Origin: Octopus sinensis
Lineage: Eukaryota
Length of the DNA stretch: 64,000 bases
Reading direction: 5' to 3'
Assembly: GCF_006345805.1 (NCBI RefSeq)
Contig: NC_043012.1
Location: 27,776,001 to 27,840,000, forward strand
The notes under the pieces were generated by a model, which saw nothing but the letters and a program-made list of their open reading frames with translations, was not told where the DNA came from and did not search any database. Below are positions 48,900-59,561 of the stretch, one piece after another. Both the position numbers and the translations under genes were made by a program. The first letter of the stretch is position 1, and each line of letters opens with the position of its first letter.

Positions 48900-51000
48900 A
48901 GGGCATACCTCTGGTGGCAGCAATAGGACAGTTTATAATTCCTGTCAATAGATATGGCAGGTTGATGGAGGATGTGCTATCTTTCACAGAGGCAAGGCTG
49001 GCAGATGCAGGCACCAGGTCAATAAGGTGGTGCCCTGTCAGTAATGGTGTATTCAATGCTAGGTGTTTCATTCTGGAGGTCATGGCGCCTCCAGAGGAAG
49101 CAAGATAAAGAATCAAAGAAGAGAAGTTCTCTCTTTCCCTGCATCTGAGCAAGTGCATGTACTGTGTATATTCTTTTCCTGAAATCATTGACTGTCATGC
49201 CTGTGTAGTCCCTTGTGGTGCCATCGGATAGTGTGAGAGTGGCTCTGTAGACTACAGCCCTTGAGAGACAGGATCCTCCTAAGGTGCAGCTAGTAGGGTT
49301 TTCAGAAGTTACAGGTTGGGGCTGAGAATTTTGTGTTTGCATCTATTGTAGCTTGCAATATTAGAAGCAATGTTATCTATGCAGGAATAGCTCACCTTGC
49401 TATAATGTGGATTAACCCTTTCATTACTAACCCGGCCAAAAAATTTTTTTGTTCATAATACCAACCCTGCCGTACCTGGCCGAGAGAATCTATTGTTATT
49501 TAAATGTAAATATGAACCCAAATCTCGTCGGTACATTCGTTAAAACACGTGATTTCACTTTGTTGGGTTATAGTATCCAACATTGCTTGACCTGATATGT
49601 GAACTCAGTGAATTTTGGGAGATTTTTTTCGGCATCGATTTTTCTTCAACTTTGAAAATGGATAGGAGTTTCATGTTATCAAGCATTGATTCTGAATTTA
49701 AAGCTTTTTCAACGGAAAATAGGGAGATATTGAGAAAAAGAATGAATGAGGTACAAAAGTACATGGTGTACGAGAATGAATAGGATATTTCGGTATCCGA
49801 AACTGAAAGCAGCGATAGCAACAGCAAAGACGACTTTACATTGGAATGAAGTAAAAATGTTTTTATTAGTAATTTTTCTGAGGAGTTGGGGTCTATCCAT
49901 AGTCTTTCTTAGGAAGCGAAACCGTTAGACTTTTATTTTTTTCAGTATGCTTGTTTGAAGTGATTGCTACGGAAACAAATTGTTACGCAGAATGTAAACA
50001 AGCACAAAATGGGGGAATCAAAGTTTGGAAAATTTGTGAAACAAATACTGGGTACTGCTGTGGATTTAGTTTTTATACAGGGAAAATAATGTTAGTCAGC
50101 ATGGCCTACGGAACGATGTGGTCTGGAATTTATCACTTCCATACCATAACCAGGGTTGTATATTATTTTTTGACCGATTTCTTTAGTTCGGTCAAACTTG
50201 CTGTGGATTTAGGTGGATTCCAGTATTTCAGTTTATTCCACCTTTATGGTACACCTGTTCTGTTGTGCATTAAATTCAACTGATGATCTAGTGATGTGCA
50301 CAATTCTTCTATATCAAAATTTTGTTGCATACCCAATTGAATATTAGCTGATGATTCATTTTCTATGGTGATGTTTAAACAAAATTTTAATATTTTTATC
50401 ATTTGCTCAGTTTACCTGGATTTACCTGTAATTAGAGTCACTTTGAGACAAAATTTATGCAATAGAATTAAGAACCCTTTCTTTAACTATGTTCCAAATA
50501 TTACATTAATATGTTAAGTAAAAAAAGTAACAGTTATTTAATGAAACAAGCCTAAATTCATGATTATTTTAGAATTTAATTGAAACTCATGAGGGGTGTA
50601 TTTTGGTCAGAAATATAGTAACGAAAGGGTTAAGGAGCTTGTAGTACCTGTAACCTCTTGGGTAATACTCCTTAATCAACAACAGGAAACTCCAAGCTAT
50701 GTTAATGGAAATTTCTAGGTTGCATGGAGGATCAAACCAGATTATCTTTCTCTTTCTGGTCCTTTTCATGTGCAGAGTGGAAGGTTGTGGCTCCTCAATA
50801 TGTTAACTTGGTAATCCCACTCTTAGCTAGAGCAGCATTATAGTGGAGCAGGGCCCTGTTAAAGACCTCTCTATCTGTTGAGAGCTTGGATATTTTCCTA
50901 CTAACACCTGAGACTAGGTTTCTAATTACAGTGGGGAGAATGAGCTCCTGTGGATGTATAATTTCCTGTAAGGCTAGTACTTACCTATATTCAGGTCTAA
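48900..51000 (-). mobile_element. Penelope-like element relic (RT C-terminus + GIY-YIG), split by a piggyBac
   Basis: RKRKIIWFDPP...YKLLN|PHYSKVSYSC, then CTLGGSCLSRAVVYRA...YTGMTVNDFRKR. Bounds approximate. Confidence 0.85.
49416..50629 (+). mobile_element. Non-autonomous piggyBac deletion derivative
   Basis: TTAA TSD on both sides. TIR CCCTTTCATTACTA / TAGTAACGAAAGGG. Transposase pieces IATETNCYA and GIKVWKICETNTGYC. Confidence 0.92.
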
Positions 51001-51019
51001 CGTCACATCCAATTGTGAA

Positions 51020-53975
51020 ATTATGATGTAGAAAAGTATTTGGCCAAAAGTAAACCATTGTACTTAGCCTCTGTTGACGTGGAGGAAACTTTCAACAGGG
51101 TTCTCTGTTCTCTTATCCGGTAATCTCTAAGGAAGCTAGGAGTAGAGGAGTGGCATCTTAAAGCCATACAAGCCATGTACAGTGAAGCTGTCAATTGGTT
51201 CGATATTTGGAAGAATCTACTTCTCCCATTCATTTTCCACATTTAATAACCTTTCATAGTGGCAACTCCATGCATCTTTCTTCTCAAAGTCACTAAGCAC
51301 AAGCATACCATTATCCATTCGCACACATTCCTCACCTACCACTTCTCTATTCTCTCTGATACACTGCTTTGCAATCCTGAACACCTCACGCCTCTGATCT
51401 TCATGCTATAGAACATTGGCAAACTTCTTACCTTCTGCTATTCCTTTTGCTATGTAAACCTGTCACCTACCCTCCCCTCTGACTCCCTGATACAATGCTC
51501 TGCTTCCACTGTTTTTCCAGTCCTTCCAGACCTGTCTTATTGCTTTTATAACACTGTCCACCTCCTTGTTCCACCTCATGTCACCCTTGGCCTAACTGGC
51601 ACTTTGCACCAACCACAGATTTGGCCAGCGGCACCCAGTAAATTGTCCCACAGTAACTTCCAGTTGTCCTCTAAGTTAATGTATGTGTCCTTTCCTCCTT
51701 TTCCTCCCTATCATCATAGGCTTCCATTAGAATGTTTCTAAATTCTTGTTCATTTGCTGGGTCTTTGAGCTTCCATAATCTTTTCAATTGAGATTTATTT
51801 CTACAAGTCTTTCTAGCCCTAATTCTGATGTCATAAGCTAGTAACCTATGTTGGAGTGTACACTCTTCACTTGGGAAAGACTTTGCATTTGTGAGCATCG
51901 GCCTATCTCATTGCCTGGTGAGGAGGTAATCAACCTGGATTATGTTCCCACCAGACTGATAAGTGATTAGGTGGCTGGCTGGATTTCTGAAGTTAGTGTT
52001 GCAGATCATGAGATCATTTGCATCACTGAACTCAAGTAGCCTTGTTCCCTCCTCATTCCTGAGGCCAAAGATATAACCACCATGCACCCCATGGAATATA
52101 TGAGACTGCTGCCCAACATGTCTATTAAAGTTACATGTCTATTAAAGAAGATAAAGCTCTCTTTCTACCAGGTAAATGGCCCTGCTCACTATATAGGAAA
52201 GGAGTTGGAAGAATTTCCATTCACTGCACTCAGGCACTAAGTGTAAACTATGGACACACAGGAGATGCAGTGAAATCACAGGTAGATTAACAGAAAGTTG
52301 TCTTTGTATGTGGCAAATGTGCAGGAACAATAAGCACTAAGAGCACACGGGCCTTAGATTCTCTCAAAAGAGGTTATGGATAGTTTCTGTTACCTAGGTG
52401 ACCAAATTAGCAATGGTAGAGGATGCTCTGAAAGTATTGTTTCTTGAATAAGAATTGGGTGGAGGAAGTCCAGTGAGCTATTACCTCTGTTGGCAACAAA
52501 AGGACTCTCTTTCAGAGTGAAAGGTAGAATATATAATGCTTGTGTGCGAACAGCTATACTCTATGGTAGTGAGACATGGGGTCTGAATGCAGAAGACATG
52601 CATAGAGTGGAGAGAAACGAAGGTAGTATGCTCCATTGGATTTGCAACATCAGTGCACTTGTATTGCACAGTGCAAATGTATTGAGAGAAAAGTTGAGCA
52701 TAAGAGGAATCAAATGTAGCATGCAAGAGAGAAGACTACATTGGTTTGGACATGTGATGCTTATGAATGAGAACAACTGCATAAAGAAGCACCAATCACT
52801 GAAAGTGGATGGTGCTCGCAGAAGAAGGAGACCTAGGAAGACATGAGATGAAGTGGTAAGGACTGATCTCAAGATGTTGGGCCTCATGGAGTAAATGACA
52901 ATGAACCGAGATGTCTGGTGATATAAAGTTCTAGCGAAGACCCACCCACATCAGGACAAACTCAGTTCTAGAAGTGCTGTGCATCCCACCCACACTTAAG
53001 GAAACTTCTCTCATGCAACAAACCAAACTATGTCTCTACAACACTTCTTCAACATTTCCACTTCATGCACTATGCTTACCGCCCACTCCCCAATCCTGTC
53101 CTCTTGGCCCTGTGCCACTCTATCATTGCTTTCTGCTAGCCCCTGACCTGACAAGAAAACTTTTCACTCACCCTACCCCAACAAACCAATCTACATCTCC
53201 ATATCTCTTCTCTTCCTCACATTTCTCCCTTCATATACTATGCCTAGCTCTCACTCCCCAATCCTGTCCTCACGGCCCTGCTCCTCCATATCATTGCTAT
53301 CCAGTGTGTCCCCTCCCACTATACCCTGGTTTTCACTCCCCACCACTCTTTGATCACACTTCCTTTGCAATATCTTGTTATTTATATTATGGTGTTTCGA
53401 ACCTCATGGATATGCCATGGCACTTGTCACATTCTATATATCTCTCTTCCTTTACTCAACCATCCCATTTATATTCTGAATCCTCTACCTTGTGAGTATG
53501 CCTGGCATTTTGCCACCATCTCTATCCTGCTGTTGCCCACCCTCTCTCTTCTCCTACACTTCCCTCAGGTTGGGTAACCATGTATTCCTTTGTGATAGCA
53601 CACTTGTTTGTGTCTTCATTCCTGATCTCTCTCTCTCTCCCTTCAGGTAACCTTGTACTTCCTCTACAGCAAGACACCTATTTCTATCTCTCTGTCTCAC
53701 TATAACTTTTCATCATCTGACACAAGATCACCTCCTCCAATTCCTCCTCCACTCTTGAAAGTTTTTTTTTGTTTTTTGTCTTGCAAGTACTTAGTGACTC
53801 TGTCAGTGCAGGTGCTACTCGAAAGTACCCAGTCCATACTGTAAAGTGGTTGGTGTTCAGAAGTAGCCATCCAGCTGTAAAAACCTTGCCTAAAACTGAC
53901 CTCGCCTGTGCTTATGCCACATAAAAAGCACCAAGTCCAGAGTGGTTGGCGTTAGGAAGGACATTCTAGCATGGA
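51020..53975. mobile_element. Rearranged RTE LINE relic (RT-mid +, endonuclease -, RT-C/3' UTR +)
   Basis: 51020-51195 (+): LYLASVDVEETF. 51300-52135 (-): RNEEGTRLLEF..QVDYLL..QHRLL. 52150-52900 (+): KGRIYNACVRTAILYGSETW..RRLHWFGHV. Confidence 0.8.
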
Positions 53976-54576
53976 AGGCAGATGTTTCTTACCCAAGAGT
54001 AACCTAGCAGAGGCTCCTTTCCATCTCACTTCTCGCACACCAAACATCATTATGGCGACGCTCCATCATTTTGATAATCTCACCAGATCTCCCCTTCGTT
54101 GTGCTAACGTTAATGTCTGCAGCCCTAAAATTGTGTACTTGGGAGGGAAAACGAGAGGGTAGTTGTTACGGGGCTTTTCTCCAGGTTTGAAAAGAAGGTC
54201 TGTACAAACATTTGCTAGGTAGTGTAATGTATATTGTGTATTTGATTCAATGAAGTATAATTTCCACCTGCCCATGCAGCATCCAGATTAAGAGCCAGAG
54301 AGAGAGGGGTAAGAAGGGCATGAAAGTCATATATGCCTATACATACATATACACAGTATTAACCTTATATGCTTATATATGCTACATCATATATATCTAC
54401 ATATACAAACACTACACAGGTTTACATACTCATACACGTACATGTAAATACACCCATACACCCTCATAAACATGAACATGCAGTCCACATAAACGTACAC
54501 ATAGTTGTAAATATATACATATATATTCATAAACATACATCTACACTGATATATATATATACGTGTGTATGTATAA

Positions 54577-54815
54577 AATCAAAATAAGCAACAAGGATAT
54601 CCAGAGGTAATGCAGTACGATCGTTTCATGCAATTCCATTTAATTGAACAATGCAAACATTACATCAATTTAAAATGTAGAGCAATCTTCAGCTGTGCGA
54701 AAAGATATCCTTGTTGCTTATTTTGATTATAATCACCTTATTTTAAATTGTATGGATAATACCATACTAAATTCTAGTACCATATTCATCTGAATCTAAA
54801 TTTTACTGAACTTAT
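54577..54815. mobile_element. Mini inverted-repeat cassette, Penelope pLTR-like
   Basis: Perfect 25-bp inverted repeat 54577-54601 / 54704-54728 enclosing a hammerhead motif. Confidence 0.65.
54611..54698 (-). ncRNA. Candidate type I hammerhead ribozyme
   Basis: Minus strand: CAG-CUGAAGA-UUGC...GCAU-GAA-ACGAUCGU-A-CUG. Intact core, palindromic stem III, GUA cleavage triplet. Confidence 0.7.
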
Positions 54816-55488
54816 ATATACACAAAATGAGGTTCACATAAGTACATACACTTGTATGGTTGGTTGGTTGGTTGGCATCCTTTTTGTCTCGGGAGACAAT
54901 GGAGTTGCGCATAAAGTAGTCTAGTCCGGCTTTTACATTTCATGTCCTGATACATTTCCTGCTGTGGCTGTGTAGTCCTATTATTTGTATGGTAATCTGA
55001 TAGTTACATGCACACAAGTGTATGGGTACAGGGAGGGGAAACCTCTCCTCACAGAACAGGAGTACAGTTAGCTAGGGAAGTCATGTATGTTTAGAATGAA
55101 ACAGTGGGGGTGGGAAGGCAAAACATGTAAGCAAGATGGACGCTGTTTGTAATGCACATTAATATTAAAACTTTTATTATACTAGGCCACATAACATCAT
55201 AAATTTAACTTTTCAAGCTGTATAGTATCATATAAATTTAGGAGCATATGAAAAACATCATACTATTCTAATCTGCATACTAACATAAAATATAAAAGAA
55301 TTCATACTTAATCTAAGCCACATAATATCAAATAAACATATGAGAAATTGGCCAAGGAAGGACACTGAGTGAGAGAGAAGAAGATTAAACAGCATTACAT
55401 GAAAATAACACAAGGGTTAAAAACTTAGCTATGTTTCCAATTTCGCTTCCTAGCAATATATACATTCACATGTACACACATATATATA

Positions 55489-58400
55489 ATAATATAATAA
55501 TAATAATGTTCGTCCTTCGGTTCGAAGATGACCAACTGACATCATCTGATGGAACTGCCGCCATGAGACCGGAGGTGGCTGGTGAGGCCAATCCGGGCAA
55601 GGAAGCCCCTCCCACAGGTGGGGCAGAAGTGGGTAGGGGCAGTGCTACTGGTGCAGGCGGCTCTGACTTTACGCATCTGACGTTTCTGCTCCGCTGACCG
55701 AATCCGTCCCTCCTCGGCTGTCCCTGCTCCCACGGTGATTGCGCTGCGCCAGGATGAGCGGTTGGCAGCAAGTGTCTCCCAGGTCTCTGTTCCGATGGAG
55801 AAGTCTTTGAGAGAGACCTTGAGACTATCCTTGTAGCGCTTTTTCTGCCCTCCGACTTTGCGCCTGCCCTGGCCGAGTTCACCGTAGAAGAGCTGTTTTG
55901 GGATGCGAGTGTCGGACATGCGGGAGACATGGCCCGCCCATCTCAGCTGGTCCTTGCGCATGATTGTGATGGTGCTAGGGAGATCTGCCTGCTTCAGAAC
56001 TTCCGTGTCTGGGACTTTGTCCTGCCAGTGGATGTGAAGGAGATTCCGAAGACACCTGAGATGGAAGTGGTTTATCTGGCGCTCGTGCCTTCGGTAAGCA
56101 GTCCACGTCTCGCAGCCGTATAGTAGAGTGGTAAGCACGACTGCCCGGTAGACTTTCAGCTTGGTGTTGAGGCTGATTCCTCTCCGCTCCCAGACTTTCT
56201 CTCACAGTCTCCCAAACGCGCTGCTTGCCTTGGAGATTCTGTTGATGGTTTCAGCATCTATGTTGGCATTGCAGGAGAGAGTGCTGCCCAGGTAGGTGAA
56301 GTTTTCCACCACTCGTAAGATCCGTCCGTTCACCCTTATCTGAGGCTCATGGTATTGTTTGCCGGGGGCTGGCTGAAACATCACTTCGGTTTTCTTTGCA
56401 CTGATGGTGAGACCGAAGTTGTCACAGGCTGATGAGAACCTGTCCATCTCGAGCTGCATCTCCTGCTCATCGATTGCATTAAGGGCGCAGTCGTCAGCAA
56501 AGAGAAAGTCTCTGACGACTGTCTCCCTCACCTTTGTGACAGCCTGCAATCTCCTGGAGTTGAAAAGTTTCCCGTCTGTCCTGTACTTGATGTTGATACC
56601 GGACTTGCAGTCCCTAAAGGCGTCGGACATCATTGCCGAGAACATGATGCTGAACAGTGTTGGGGCCAGGACACAGCCCTGCCTGACTCCGTTGGTCACC
56701 TGGAAGGCTTCAGATGAGTCGCCGTCCTCAAGGATTCTGGCTGTCATTCCGTCGTGGAACTGGCGGACAATTGCAATAAATTTGCTGGGGCAACCAAATT
56801 TTCCCATGACCTTCCATAGTCCCTCCCGACTGACTGTATCAAAGGCCTTGGTGAGGTCAACAAAGGTCATGCAGAGGTCAAGGTGCTGCTCCATGCATTT
56901 CTCCTGGAGCTGGCGGGCGGCGAATATCATGTCAGTGGTCCCTCGACCCGCACGGAAGCCACACTGGCTCTCAGGGAGAAGGCCTTGCTCCAAGTGTTCC
57001 AGAAGGCGGTCAAGCAGGACCCGGGCCAGGATCTTGCCTGCTATGGACAAGAGGGAAATACCTCGGTGGTTGTCGCAGGACTGCCGATCTCCTTTCCGCT
57101 TATAAATGTGGACGATTGTTGCATCCCGGAAATCTTGAGGGAGTTGTTCCCTGTCCCACATCGACTGGAACAGGCTGGTGAGCTGACTGATCATGGTGGG
57201 GCCTCCCGACTTGAACACCTCTGCAGGGATGGCGTCAGAGCCTGGAGCTTTGCCGGTGGACATTTTTTTGATGGCTCTGCTCACTTCCCCGACTGCAGGG
57301 GGAACAGCCAACTCGTGGTTTGTCGGCACCTGGGGGAGTCGTGCGATGGCTTCCTCGTTGATCTGGGCTGGTCGGTTGAGCACGATGTTGAAGTGCTCCG
57401 CCCATCTCTCCAGGATCAGCCTCTTGTTAGTCAGGAGTGAGGTTCCATCTGAGCTGAGCAGGGGGGTTGATCCAAAGGAGAACTGCGGTCCATAGACAGC
57501 TTTCAGCGCCTCGTAGAATTTCTTGGTGTCGTGTTTGTCTGCGTATCCCTGAATCTCATCCGCCTTGGCGCTTAACCATGCATCTTGCATGAGGCGGAGT
57601 TTAGCCTGGACTGTGCTGCGAATGTTGTTGAAAGCGGCCTTCTTTGCCGTGCAGGTGGTGTCATTTTGGTGAGCCCGCAGCAGACGGCGTTTCTCTTCCA
57701 GGAGCTTTTGGATTTCCTGGTCGTTTTCGTCGAACCAGTCCTGGTGGTTCCTCGTAATTTGGCCCAGAGTTTCAAGGGCGATGGAATGAACCGTGTCCCT
57801 GAATGATTCCCACTGCTCATCGATGCTGGACTGGTCACTCCGAATGTCCAACAGCTTACTGTCCATACGTGACTGGAGATCTTGTGCAGTCAGCTGGTTC
57901 CTTAATTTCGTGATGTTAAGCTTCCTCGTCACTTTCTGACCCTGTGGTCTTCTCTTAGGTCGGATGTAGAAATCCATCCTGGAGATGATGAGGCGATGGT
58001 CCGTCCAGCAGTCAGCTCCGCACATGGCTTTGACCAGTCTCACGTCCCGCCTGTCTTTCGCCCTGACGATGACGTAATCTATCAGATGCCAGTGTTTGGA
58101 GCGTGGATGCATCCATGATGTCTTGTTGCGTGTTGGCAGACGGAACAAGGTGTTGGCGATGGTAAGATCATGAGAGGCACACGCACGCAGGAGGAGCTGT
58201 CCGTTGCTGTTGCACTTTCCGATTCCTTGCTTTCCCAGTACGCGATGCCAGGCTTGGTGGTCAGTCCCGACACGGGCGTTAAAATCCCCAAGGAGGATGA
58301 GCTTCCCAGGCTGGGCTGACGTGATGAGGGAGTCGAGTTCCTCATAGAACCTGTCCTTAACTTCTTCAGGGTTGGTCATGGTGGGGGCGTAAGCACTGAT

Positions 58401-59470
58401 GATGGTCGCACTAGTCTTGTTTCCAAGTGGGAGCTGCATCTTCATCAGCCGATCGTTGATACCCTCGGGGGGGCTTTCCAGTTTCCGCACGTGTACTGAC
58501 TTAATGGCAAAACCAACACCAGCCTCACGACGCTCTTCGCTGCTGCGACCACTCCAAAAGAAAGTGTAGCCGCCGCCTGTCTCTGTCAGCTGGCCTTTGT
58601 CCGCAAGGCGGGTCTCGCTCAGTGCTGCAATATCGACACTGTATCGGCTCAGTTCTCTGGCCACCAGGGCAGTTCGTCTCTCTGGTCTGTCCGCTTTGGT
58701 GTTGTCAAGCAGAGTTCTCACGTTCCAAGTTGCGAAAGTGAGCACCTTTGTTTGTTTTCTTCTTTCTTTGTTTCGACCGCTTGGAAAGGATCCCCGCCAG
58801 CCGCGGTTTGCTGACCAGGGTGAGGTGAGGCAGGCTATGTTTAGGGCAACCTTTTCTAGCCCCGTCCTCATGCTGGGGAGGCGAGCAGAGCGATCCTGAA
58901 GAGGGCTGCTCGGTCACTCAGGAGGCTGCCGGACTCCACTGCTGCCTCAGTTCAGTGAGGGGCGACCACATGTCCTGAGCCGCCTGTGTGTGGGTTCACG
59001 ACTGCAGCTCCCAGTGTATCCTCACCTGCTACTTCGCCGTTTCCCCATCGCCACAGGACTTTGGGATGGTGTCATGGCGTCATGATGTCGTGACATGCGC
59101 GTGACTTGGATTATAGTGAGGGTGACTTGCGCAGGATCAGCCTCACTCTCTCGTCCTGGTGCGCCGGATCCAGTGGCAAGACAAAGTCAAGACGACTGGG
59201 GGTAGACCAAGATGCAGGAGCTGCCGGAAGGTGGCACGCATGGCGCAATCCAACCGCCTAAGGGGCTCCACTCCGGATTTTGGATGGCCATTGACTCATG
59301 AGAGAGTTCCTCTGCCCTTTGACAGGTTTTGTTTTTAGTCCTGCTGGGTGTCCAAATCACCCTCCTCACCAAGAAATCTTGGTGGGGTTGCCAGTTTAGT
59401 CGCCAACGACCCGACCATGTAACAGGTTGTACTGGGTTACATGTTACCAGTAGCTCCAAGCGGAGACCTG
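55489..59470 (-). mobile_element. Full-length RTE-clade LINE (~4 kb) with (ATT)n tail
   Basis: Single EN-RT ORF, ~600-nt 5' UTR, short 3' UTR. Possible low-complexity TSD ACACATATA(T/C)ATA at 55476 and 59471. Confidence 0.95.
55542..58871 (-). pseudogene. RTE ORF (APE endonuclease + RT + C2H2 finger), 1109 codons, one in-frame TGA at 56202-56204
   Basis: TWNVRTL, LSETRL, GDFNARVG, IDYVIV, TDHRLI; FVDLTKAFD, GVRQGCVLAP, LFADD; CPTC..SHLRSH. ORFs 56202-58871 and 55542-56138 are in the same frame. Confidence 0.95.
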
Positions 59471-59509
59471 ACACATATACATACACACACATACACATGT
59501 TTATTTACA

Positions 59510-59561
<52 letters not shown>

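Noticed and set aside
56404-57806. Long + strand ORFs antisense to the RTE
   Set aside because: Shadow frames of a GC-rich coding sequence.
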